Source: Anaerolineae bacterium
Lineage (GTDB): Bacteria; Chloroflexota; Anaerolineae; Aggregatilineales; Phototrophicaceae
Direction: 5' to 3'
Assembly: GCA_041916315.1 (NCBI GenBank)
Contig: JAYRZU010000112.1
Coordinates: 67,612 to 131,611, forward strand
DNA length: 64,000 bases
Shown: piece after piece, positions 47,314 to 55,915 of the stretch
Numbering within the stretch: the stretch's first letter is position 1
Layout: each line of letters begins with the position of its first letter
The notes under the pieces: generated by a model
The model's database searches: none
The model's input: the letters and a program-made list of their open reading frames with translations, nothing else
What the model was told of the DNA's origin: nothing
Made by a program: the position numbers and the translations under genes

Positions 47314-48159
47314 TTATTCCTCAGTTTCTTCTTCAAACAGCTTGGAGTTGCGGAGCTTCGCCAGCGTCGACGCGCCCAGCAGCGCTTCATCGTCTTCGAC
47401 TTCGTCGTACTTGCTCGCCGCCGCAAACACCGGGGCGACATCTTCGCCGTCCTGACCGAAATCATCGGGCTTGCGCATCTGCTGGCCTTCGAGGATGGCA
47501 TCCGCCAGCGCCCCGATGAGCAGCTTAATCGCGCGCACGGCGTCGTCGTTCGCCGGGATGACGTAGTCAATCGTATCCGGGTTGCTGTTGGTATCCGCCA
47601 GCGCCATCACCGGAATATTGAGCGTGTTCGCTTCCTTGACCGCCGTGACTTCGCGCATGGTGTCGATGACGAGCAGCACGTCGGGCAGCTTCTTCATGTT
47701 GCGGATACCGCCGAGGCGTTCCTGCAGCTTGATGATCTTGGTGTTCAGGACCTGCGCTTCACGCTTCGACAGCAGTTCGAATTCGCCATTGTCGCGGCGC
47801 TTTTCCAGCTTCTTGAGCGCTTCGATCCGGTCCTTAATGGTCTTCCAGTTGGTCAGCGTGCCGCCCAACCAGCGGGTGTTAACATACGGCATGCCGCAGC
47901 GTTCGGCTTCGCGGGCGATGGCGTCCTGCGCCTGCCGCTTCGTGCCGACGAACAGCACCGTGCCGCCCTTCTGCACTTTGTCGCGCAGCATGTCGGCATA
48001 GCTGTTGAGGTTGACCAGCGTCTGCTGCAGGTCAATGATGTGGATACCGTTGCGTTCGGTGAAAATGTACGGCTTCATCTTCGGGTTCCATTTGGTCGTG
48101 CGGTGACCGAAGTGGACGCCCGTTTCGAGAAGCGCCTTCATAGTGACTTGCGTGGGCAT
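47314..48159 (-). CDS. rpsB: 30S ribosomal protein S2
   Basis: LLETGVHFGH, WNPKM, RWLGGTLTN, IPANDDA. Confidence 0.98.
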   Translation of the reverse strand: MPTQVTMKALLETGVHFGHRTTKWNPKMKPYIFTERNGIHIIDLQQTLVNLNSYADMLRDKVQKGGTVLFVGTKRQAQDAIAREAERCGMPYVNTRWLGGTLTNWKTIKDRIEALKKLEKRRDNGEFELLSKREAQVLNTKIIKLQERLGGIRNMKKLPDVLLVIDTMREVTAVKEANTLNIPVMALADTNSNPDTIDYVIPANDDAVRAIKLLIGALADAILEGQQMRKPDDFGQDGEDVAPVFAAASKYDEVEDDEALLGASTLAKLRNSKLFEEETEE

Positions 48160-48171
48160 TGCATTCTCCTA

Positions 48172-48265
48172 AAGGGTTCGTGTTTGTGTACAAGCACGCC
48201 GTTCACCCCCGGCGGATCATCGCTCAACGCGACAACACGCCGCCGAGTCCGGGCGTGTGAAATTT
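48172..48265 (-). promoter_or_regulatory. putative S2 autoregulatory leader RNA
   Basis: Structured 5' UTR (cacacgcc...cggcgg...ccgccg...ggcgtg) in the usual position; fold not computed. Confidence 0.45.
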
Positions 48266-48331
48266 GGGTCTGCACCCATCACGGCATTCTAGCAGAGCGG
48301 GTAAGCGCTTTCAAGATGAGGGATCGCACCC

Positions 48332-49903
48332 TCACGACGCAGGAATGATCCCCTGTTCGACCAGATACGCCGCATAGGCTTCAGCCTGCAGGCGCGAACC
48401 TTCGCCGTTCAGGTGCAGGTGATCGACCCACATCTCAATCCCTTCGGGCGCCACGGCGGCATAATCAATGTAGGGCAGGTCGTACTGTTCCGCTAACCGG
48501 GTGACGATCGCATTCTGCTCATCCGCCGCCGCTCGCCATTCGGGCATAGCTTCCGGATCTGCCCGGTCATACGCCCACGTGCTGAGCAGCAAATCGACAC
48601 CCTGAATCTGGGCGATCCCGATCAAGCTGCGCAGGTTGCGTTCGTAGTACACGGGCGGGTTGAGCGCATACGCTTCCGCATCCGTATAAGTCTGGCCGTC
48701 ACCGCAATTGATGTACGCTTCGACGGCAATGGAATCCGGATCAGCGGGGTCACGTTCCAGCCCCAGCTTGATCGTGAGGAAGCGGTACAACGTGCTGACA
48801 CTGAACGTCCCTTGGTTATAGCTGCTCAACATCACATTCCGTGGGTCGAGTCCGCGCAGGAGGTTGGCACCCCGGTAACAATCCGGGTTGGTGGCGCGCC
48901 CGGAGATATCAATGACGGACTGGTAAAAGATGATGAGATCGGGGTCGAGCTCCAGCATACGGAATTCGAAGTTGGTCAGCGTGTGCCAGGTGGTGTATCC
49001 CCGTACACCCCCGTTGAGGACTTCGACATTGGTCAGGCCATAATCCTCATGCAAAACACGTTCCAGCCACGCCGGGTAGCTCTCGGTGACTTCTGTGGCG
49101 CCAAACGTCGAGGAATCGCCAAGGGCGATGATGCGGTACGTCCCTGCCGGTTTTTCAGGCGTGATTTCTGGTCCGCGCAGACCGAAGGCATTGTATTCTT
49201 CGAGTGCCGGATCAAGACCGTAACCGACAAACGGCAGCACCACAGCCGATCCGTCGTGCTCGGCCGCCTCTTCGCGGGTATAGATGTAACTGATGCGATC
49301 GGATTCGGTGCCAAAGTTGGTGAAAATGAAGCGCAGCGCCAATTCCAGGATGAGCGCGGTGCCGATCACCATTAACGTGACGGTGCCGGCCAGCATCAGA
49401 CTGCGCCGCAGGCAGCCCGTGGGGGCTTGTTGGGTTGGTGAGGGAACAGTTGCGCTGATCGGCGTGCGGCGCGGCAGCACCAGCAGCGCCAGCAGCGAGA
49501 ACCCGATAAAAATGCTGGTTAACAGGAGAAACAGCGCCAGCGGCTGGTGGATGAAAAACTGAACGGTCAGGCGGAATTCATTCGTGCTGCCATCCGGCAA
49601 AACCACCCGGAGCGCGGGCGTCGTCTCGCTCTGCAAGCACACCGACTGTGCGCTGGCGCCGATGGTCGGCTGATTGTCGAAATACACTTCCCGCACGCCG
49701 TCGACTTGCCATTCGACGTTCACACAGGCACCGGGCGCAAACACAACGCTGCGATCAACCGCCAGATAGATGGAGCTGGTGTTCAGTTGAATGTTCGTCG
49801 TCTGCGCACCAGGCACCAGCACCGCCCCCGCGCCGATAGCGAGGACGATCAGGAATGCTAGGATGTGGAGATAGAGCGCGTATTTTGGCAGTGAGCGCGT
49901 CAA
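48332..49903 (-). CDS. membrane-anchored SGNH/GDSL hydrolase
   Basis: ALGDSSTFG, EVLNGG.RGY, D.LH (DHLHLN.EG). Confidence 0.85.
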   Translation of the reverse strand: MTRSLPKYALYLHILAFLIVLAIGAGAVLVPGAQTTNIQLNTSSIYLAVDRSVVFAPGACVNVEWQVDGVREVYFDNQPTIGASAQSVCLQSETTPALRVVLPDGSTNEFRLTVQFFIHQPLALFLLLTSIFIGFSLLALLVLPRRTPISATVPSPTQQAPTGCLRRSLMLAGTVTLMVIGTALILELALRFIFTNFGTESDRISYIYTREEAAEHDGSAVVLPFVGYGLDPALEEYNAFGLRGPEITPEKPAGTYRIIALGDSSTFGATEVTESYPAWLERVLHEDYGLTNVEVLNGGVRGYTTWHTLTNFEFRMLELDPDLIIFYQSVIDISGRATNPDCYRGANLLRGLDPRNVMLSSYNQGTFSVSTLYRFLTIKLGLERDPADPDSIAVEAYINCGDGQTYTDAEAYALNPPVYYERNLRSLIGIAQIQGVDLLLSTWAYDRADPEAMPEWRAAADEQNAIVTRLAEQYDLPYIDYAAVAPEGIEMWVDHLHLNGEGSRLQAEAYAAYLVEQGIIPAS

Positions 49904-50641
49904 TTAGTTGACGAAGCGGTACTTGATCAATGTCCAGAGCGCAATCGGCGCATCCGTCCACTTGATCTTCTTGCCTTCTGTCCATTCGCGTCCGTTGTAC
50001 GAGATCGGCACTTCGTAGATGCGGATGCCCTGCTTGAGTACCTTCGCCGTGAATTCCGGTTCAAATTCAAAGCGCTTGGCGTGAATCACCATGCCCTCGA
50101 CGACTTCGCGGCGGAAGACCTTGTAGCACGTCTCCATATCGCTCAGGATGGAGTTGTAGAGGATGTTGGTCGTAAAGGTCAGCGACTTGTTGGCGACCAT
50201 GTTCCAGAAGTTCATCGCCTTGCGCGGGCCGCCCAAGAAGCGCGAGCCGTACACCACTTTGGAGATGCCTTCTTCGAGCGGGCGCAGCAGCACCGAGTAT
50301 TCGCGCGGGTCGTATTCGAAATCGGCGTCCTGAATCAGGAAAATGTCGCTGGTTGCGTGCTTGAACGCGGTGACGAGCGCTGCGCCTTTGCCCGCGTTCT
50401 GCGGGTGATAGACGATCTTCACATGCGGGCGGTTCTGCGCTTCGATCTGGCGCAGCACTTCAAGCGTCCCATCCGTCGAGCCGTCATCCACGATGATAAT
50501 TTCGTCGGCCAGCCCCACCGCTTCGACGCGATCCAACACGGGTTCAATCGTATCGCGCTCATTGTAACAGGGGATTAACACGCTCAACGTCAGCCGTTTC
50601 GCGCTGGGCGTCGAGCGTTTTTCCGCCGTTTTCATTTGCAT
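49904..50641 (-). CDS. GT2 glycosyltransferase (polyprenol-phosphate sugar synthase-like)
   Basis: IPCYNE, VDDGSTDGT, QDADFEYDP, GSRF, DMETCYK. Confidence 0.92.
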   Translation of the reverse strand: MQMKTAEKRSTPSAKRLTLSVLIPCYNERDTIEPVLDRVEAVGLADEIIIVDDGSTDGTLEVLRQIEAQNRPHVKIVYHPQNAGKGAALVTAFKHATSDIFLIQDADFEYDPREYSVLLRPLEEGISKVVYGSRFLGGPRKAMNFWNMVANKSLTFTTNILYNSILSDMETCYKVFRREVVEGMVIHAKRFEFEPEFTAKVLKQGIRIYEVPISYNGREWTEGKKIKWTDAPIALWTLIKYRFVN

Positions 50642-50857
50642 TGTTCGTCGCCTTCAATATGCCTTACGGCGGCGGATTATAGCATAGTCTGTGCCTGTCA
50701 CCAGATGCTTATCTACTGCTCAGGCAGCGTTCCCGTAGGCGCTTGATAATTAATGCAATGTAAAATGAAATAGAAGCAGCCGCGCCACACCTCTCGTCCT
50801 TTGGATGAGCAGGTGATCTGTGCTGTGGGGCGGCGGTTACCCAGATCGGGAGCAGAC

Positions 50858-51574
50858 ATGACGGATCGACCAGTGACAAATGGGCGCATTCATACGATTA
50901 AGCTGTGGGTGAACGCATTTATTCCCTCCACCTACGTGGGTGCGGAGCCGGTGCCTGCCGGGATCCACGCCGGGAAAACCATGCTGACGACGCTGTGGGT
51001 GGTGAACCGCTGCTTTCTCACCGATGACCGCACGTTTAGCAATAACGTGCATGCCCAGTCGCGGCTGCACTCCGAAGTCGAAATCGACGTGCAGAAGAAG
51101 AAAGTCGTCTACGAGTTTCATCACTGCCACGAAACGGTCGAGATCGATTGTACCAGCGGTGAGGAGAAGTGCCGCCAGCACGGCGATACCAACCATATGC
51201 ACTTTGAGAATTTCGCCGTGGCGGAAGCGGGCGGCACCTTCAGCATCGATCTTAAAGCGAGTGCCAAGAACCCCTGCCTGAAGGTCGCCAACGTTAAGCT
51301 CTCGCCGAACGTCGACCTGTACGGCACGATCACCATCCAGTTGAGCGCTGATAACAGCGCCGCCACGGTGCGCTTCGAGGGGATGATCGAGACGTATCCC
51401 GCCTTTGAAATGTATGTAGCGTTCAATGGTTCAGAAGTCGGCCAGCCCGTGTTTCAACTTGACGTCGAGGCGGGGGCGACCGCCGCCAACATCACCGGCG
51501 CGCCGACCCGCCCGGTCAATGTGGAGGCGCTGATCAGGCGCGAACCGGCGGATCGCTTTCACACGAGTAAGTAA
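50858..51574 (+). CDS. DUF3238-like protein
   Basis: NAFIP, DDR.F....SR, A.NP, P.VD, YPAFEMY motif order. Confidence 0.5.
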   Translation: MTDRPVTNGRIHTIKLWVNAFIPSTYVGAEPVPAGIHAGKTMLTTLWVVNRCFLTDDRTFSNNVHAQSRLHSEVEIDVQKKKVVYEFHHCHETVEIDCTSGEEKCRQHGDTNHMHFENFAVAEAGGTFSIDLKASAKNPCLKVANVKLSPNVDLYGTITIQLSADNSAATVRFEGMIETYPAFEMYVAFNGSEVGQPVFQLDVEAGATAANITGAPTRPVNVEALIRREPADRFHTSK

Positions 51575-51617
51575 TTGACACATGAGTCCGCAGAGGAACT
51601 GATGTGGAGGAGAGAGC

Positions 51618-52205
51618 ATGCGACAGTTGATGATCGCGGAATTCATCACGCTCGATGGCGTGATTCAAGCGCCAGGCGGCCAGGACGAAGATATGGATGG
51701 GGGCTTCACTCACGGCGGGTGGACGTTTCCCTACTGGCACGACTCGATAGGTCAGCACTTTTTCGCGGCGATGGCTAACACCGACGCACTGCTGCTCGGG
51801 CGTCGGACGTGGGAGATTCACGGCGGCGCGTTCGAGCCGATGGTGGACGATCCCTTTGGCGACACCATGAACGCTATGCACAAGTATGTGGTCTCGACGA
51901 CGCTCTCGTCGGCACAGGCGTGGCGCAATTCGACGCTGATCCGCCAGAACGTGGTCGATACGGTGCGCGAACTCAAACAGGCCGAGGGCAAAAACATCAT
52001 GCTGGATGGCAGTAGCGTGCTCGCGCACACGCTGATCGAGCATGACCTCGTGGATGAGTACGTACTGCATGTGTATCCGCTGGTGTTGGGCACGGGGAAG
52101 CGCCTGTGGCCGGAGGGCAAGCGCGTCAACCTGACACTCGTCTCATCCGAACTGCTGCCGACGGGCGTGCTGTATCAGCGCTACCGTCCCGCTCGCAGCA
52201 GCTGA
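51618..52205 (+). CDS. dihydrofolate reductase-like (RibD C-terminal) protein
   Basis: TLDGVIQAPGG..ED..GGF..GGW, LLGRRT, KYVVS.TL, LVDEY.L..YP.VLG.G. Confidence 0.9.
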   Translation: MRQLMIAEFITLDGVIQAPGGQDEDMDGGFTHGGWTFPYWHDSIGQHFFAAMANTDALLLGRRTWEIHGGAFEPMVDDPFGDTMNAMHKYVVSTTLSSAQAWRNSTLIRQNVVDTVRELKQAEGKNIMLDGSSVLAHTLIEHDLVDEYVLHVYPLVLGTGKRLWPEGKRVNLTLVSSELLPTGVLYQRYRPARSS

Positions 52206-52238
52206 TCGACGTAGAGCGGGGCAGCGGCAGTGTGGTGA

Positions 52239-52545
52239 CCTCACCCCGGTGCGCCGCGCTCAACTGCCCTTCTCCCGCCGGTTGAGGACGGGACACGTTT
52301 AACAATTGAGCCATTGTTGGGACGCGCTTCTGCGCGTCCGTGGTTAGCGGACGCCCAAAAAAGGCTTGTCCGTAAATCAAACATCCCACCCTACCCCTGA
52401 CAGGGGTAGTTTTCAATTGTAGGGACGAGGCATGAGGCTATTTCACAATTGGTGAAAACACCTAAGCACTTCCCCTCACCCCCTAGCCCCCTCGCCCACG
52501 CAAGCAGGGCGAGGGGGAAATCCGTCTTCCCTCCCTGAATTCGCC
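52239..52545. repeat. composite of REP, MITE left end and CCCC/GGGG repeats
   Basis: gtagggacgaggcat|gaggctatttcacaattggtg...cccctcaccccctagccccctcgcccacgcaagcagggcgaggggg. Confidence 0.7.
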
Positions 52546-52832
52546 CGGGATAAAGTCAGAAGTCGCCTCGATTTGTTTATCATCATGTGACGTTTCACTA
52601 TTACATGCTGCTCTTTTTTACATCAATAAATGGTGCAACAGACATATCTTATCAGCCTGTAAACTGAGCTGAATTTTGCTCAACCTCTCCCTTAGACTAG
52701 GCAGGATGACTAAAGGACTACTAGCCATAAGTTGGAATTTAGTATGAGATTTTGTCTCACATATTGACACAAACCTGAATCTCCTTTACTTTGTAGTTAT
52801 GTTAGGCAAGTGTAATACGCTCCTTCTCTCCG

Positions 52833-53366
52833 GTGGATGCCGTGAAACAACACGCGAACGGTTACGTAAGTAACCGGGTGCTCAAGCTCAATGTCGGCTT
52901 TATCCTCAGTGCAGGGCCAGGTTACGCGCACGAGACTTCATTCGACGTGCCACCGGTCCGGGTTGCTGACGATGTTGACCTCACGTACATTCGCGGCGAT
53001 CTCCGCCTCAGCCGGACCAAAGAGGGTGTGCTGGTTCAAGGATCGCTCCAGGTGGGTGTGGAAGGCGAGTGCTACCGCTGCCTTGATCCGATTGACCAGG
53101 ATGTCGTGATTGACATCGAAGAGTTGTACACCTACCCGTCGTCTAAGGCTGCGGAATTCAGCATTGGCGACGACGCGATTCTTGACCTCGCGCCGCTGCT
53201 CCGGGCTGAAACCCTCATTGCCGATTCGCGGGGGGGACTGTGCAAGTCCGACTGCAAGGGCTTGTGTCCTGAATGCGGTGTGAATCTCAATCGCGAGCCG
53301 AACCACGCTCACGAGGACGACATCGATCCGCGCCTGGCAAAATTGAAACAGCTGCTCGACCGTTAA
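52833..53366 (+). CDS. yceD: DUF177/YceD family protein
   Basis: C.RCL, LDL..L.R, C..DCKGLCPECG.NLN, DPR.A.L. Confidence 0.88.
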   Translation: MDAVKQHANGYVSNRVLKLNVGFILSAGPGYAHETSFDVPPVRVADDVDLTYIRGDLRLSRTKEGVLVQGSLQVGVEGECYRCLDPIDQDVVIDIEELYTYPSSKAAEFSIGDDAILDLAPLLRAETLIADSRGGLCKSDCKGLCPECGVNLNREPNHAHEDDIDPRLAKLKQLLDR

Positions 53367-53425
53367 TTCTAGTCAACCGAAATCATCTGTTCAGCTTCAT
53401 CTTAGTCTAGAGGGGGGGATTTACC

Positions 53426-54523
53426 TTGAGCGACTACGATAGTAGTTATGATTCCCATTTTGCGGGTGATGGTGGCGAATTTCTTGATGATGAGCTTGAA
53501 ATCGACGAATTTGATGACGACCCTAGTGATGAGCTGTGGGCGGACGAAGATTTTAGCGACGAACTAGATTTAGACGACGAAGACCTCTACGGCGATGAGG
53601 ACATCATTTTTGACGACTCGATCCACAGCGACACGGTCGGGTTGTATCTCAAAGAGATGGCGCGCGTCCCGTTATTATCCACCGACGAAGAAATTAACCT
53701 CGCCATGCGTCTCGAAGCAGGCGCCGAAGCGGCCCGAAAACTCAAGAAAGACCCGAACCACAAGCGCGCGCACGAATGGCATATCGCCATCGCCGATGGT
53801 ATCGCCGCGCGCGATCATCTGGTGAAGGCCAACACGCGCCTCGTCGTGTCGATTGCCAAGAAGTACATGCAGCGCGGCGTCCCCTTCCTCGATCTGATCC
53901 AGGAGGGCAACCTCGGCTTGATGAAGGCCGTCGAAAAGTTCGACTATCGCCGTGGTTTCCGCTTCAGCACCTACGCGACGTGGTGGATTCGCCAGACGAT
54001 CACCCGCGCGATTGCCGACCAGGGCCGCACGATCCGCGTGCCCGTGCACATGAGCGACCGCATCCGCCGCTTGTATCGCACTGCGCGCAAGCTGGAACAG
54101 GACAACGGTCGCAAGCCGTCGCCGGAAGAGATCGCCGCTGAACTCAAGATCGACCCGCGCAAAGTTCGCTGGATGCTGCGCGTGTCGTGGCAGCCGCTCA
54201 GCCTCGAACGCCCCGTCGGCGAGGATGACGACAGCGAATTCGGGCATTTCATCGAGAACGAGAGCGCGCCGTCACCTGCACAGAGCGCCTATGACAAGAT
54301 GCTGCGCGAAAAGATCGAGTCGCTGCTCAATACGCTCACTCCCCGGGAAGCGCGCATCCTGCGCCTGCGCTTCGGCTTGCTGAATGGTCGCAGCCACACG
54401 CTCGAAGAAGTCGGACAGAAGTTCGGCCTGACGCGCGAACGCATCCGCCAGATCGAAGGGCGCGCGCTGCGCCGCCTGCGCCACCCACGCCGCAGTCGCC
54501 AGCTCCGCGACTACCTGTCCTGA
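53426..54523 (+). CDS. RpoD/SigA-family sigma-70 factor (probably group 2) with acidic N-terminus
   Basis: [63 protein letters not shown]. Confidence 0.93.
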   Translation: MSDYDSSYDSHFAGDGGEFLDDELEIDEFDDDPSDELWADEDFSDELDLDDEDLYGDEDIIFDDSIHSDTVGLYLKEMARVPLLSTDEEINLAMRLEAGAEAARKLKKDPNHKRAHEWHIAIADGIAARDHLVKANTRLVVSIAKKYMQRGVPFLDLIQEGNLGLMKAVEKFDYRRGFRFSTYATWWIRQTITRAIADQGRTIRVPVHMSDRIRRLYRTARKLEQDNGRKPSPEEIAAELKIDPRKVRWMLRVSWQPLSLERPVGEDDDSEFGHFIENESAPSPAQSAYDKMLREKIESLLNTLTPREARILRLRFGLLNGRSHTLEEVGQKFGLTRERIRQIEGRALRRLRHPRRSRQLRDYLS

Positions 54524-54532
54524 AGATCACTC

Positions 54533-54565
54533 AACCCCCGCGCCACTCGACGCGGGGTTTTTTGT
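54533..54565 (+). terminator. intrinsic terminator
   Basis: aacccccgcg-ccactcga-cgcgggg-tttttt. Confidence 0.8.
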
Positions 54566-54716
54566 TTCCCCATACCTGTACTTTAGAATGAGTCGGATCT
54601 CCGCCTTAAGCTAACCGCAAAGACACGCCTTAGGATCCATCAGCATTTCTAAGAAGCAACTTAGACTTAATGTGTACTACCCACTATCCTCACAACCTAC
54701 CTTCACAGGAGCTCTT

Positions 54717-55757
54717 ATGAACAGACGATGGCTGCTTCTCGTGTTTGTGATCGCGCTGCTCGGCGCGCTGCCACTGGCGGCGCAAGAGGAAGTCGGACCG
54801 CTGATCATTCGCAGCGTTGGCGTGCTGGATCTCGACGGCAGCGTGTACTACAGTGTGTTTTTTGCCAGCGGTACAGAGGTGCTCAGTGACTTGTCGGCCA
54901 GCGCTGCCGTTCCCGTCGGGCTGACGCTCGACGCATCCGTGCTCGCGCCGGAGACGGTGACGGTCACCACGGACGGCAATACCATCTCGTGGGCGCTCAC
55001 GGAACTGCCCGCCGATACGCTGATCGGTCCGCTGACCTTCCATGTGATAGTAGATGCTGCGGACACGGTGATCCCCGCTGGGCTGGCCGTGCAAGCGACA
55101 TGGGCGGACGGCGCAGTCGATCTCCCGCAATCTGAAGACGCGCTCACGCCGTTCACCACAACAGGTGCGATCACCGTGGATGCAGCAGGCACGGTCGATG
55201 AAGCGGGTGAACCCGACGTGGTTGCCGTTGGCGACACAGGCTTGCTGGTGTATATCCCGGCGGGGGCAGTCAGTGGTGAGACGACGATCAACTTTGAACG
55301 CCTGCCCGTCCCGACGGGCGAGGAAGCCGCCGCGTTCTTCCCCCCGGAAGCGGAAGGCACCTGGTGGTGTTCGGTCGTCCGCATCACGCTCGAACCGGAT
55401 GTCGCCCTCAATCAGCCTATTGTGCTGGCCATCCCGACACGCCGCGCGGTGACGCCCGGCCTCGCCAGCGGCGGCTTCTTCCGCCTGCCGGACGGCGAGT
55501 GGCAGATCATGGAAGGTTCGACCATGTTCGTCTCGCCTGACGGTCGGCACACGATTGCCACTGGCGTTCAGGTGACGAACGGGCTGGAAGTCGCCTATGG
55601 CGTGAATGACAGCACGCGCCTGTCTGCGACGATCACCGGCACAAACGTCATCGACGGGACGAGCAATACGATCCGCGACGGGACGAGCAATATCGTGCAG
55701 CAGTTCACCACGCAGCCGACCAGCGGCATCATCGCCATTTTGATCGGTGCGCGGTAG
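54717..55757 (+). CDS. secreted protein with Ig/DUF11-like and ZU5-like segments and a DUF1559-motif C-terminus
   Basis: Signal peptide; GLLVYIPAGAV...P...L.IP (ZU5-like); C-terminal IDGTSNTIRDGTSNI...GIIAILIGAR. Confidence 0.65.
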   Translation: MNRRWLLLVFVIALLGALPLAAQEEVGPLIIRSVGVLDLDGSVYYSVFFASGTEVLSDLSASAAVPVGLTLDASVLAPETVTVTTDGNTISWALTELPADTLIGPLTFHVIVDAADTVIPAGLAVQATWADGAVDLPQSEDALTPFTTTGAITVDAAGTVDEAGEPDVVAVGDTGLLVYIPAGAVSGETTINFERLPVPTGEEAAAFFPPEAEGTWWCSVVRITLEPDVALNQPIVLAIPTRRAVTPGLASGGFFRLPDGEWQIMEGSTMFVSPDGRHTIATGVQVTNGLEVAYGVNDSTRLSATITGTNVIDGTSNTIRDGTSNIVQQFTTQPTSGIIAILIGAR

Positions 55758-55840
55758 CCTTACCCCAACCCCTTTCCGGGAGAGAGGGGAAGGTACACGG
55801 ATCAAATCCTCTCTCCCCGGAGAGAGGATTTAGGGGTGAG
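55758..55840. repeat. CCCC/GGGG hairpin repeat
   Basis: ccttaccccaacccctttccgggagagagggg ... aaatcctctctccccggagagaggatttaggggtgag. Confidence 0.75.
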
Positions 55841-55915
55841 ATTGCGCGCCTTAGCGCCCCTAATGAATCTTCCAAATCATGGTATAGTCGAAGGTGTTCA
55901 GAGGAGCGCGCGCCG

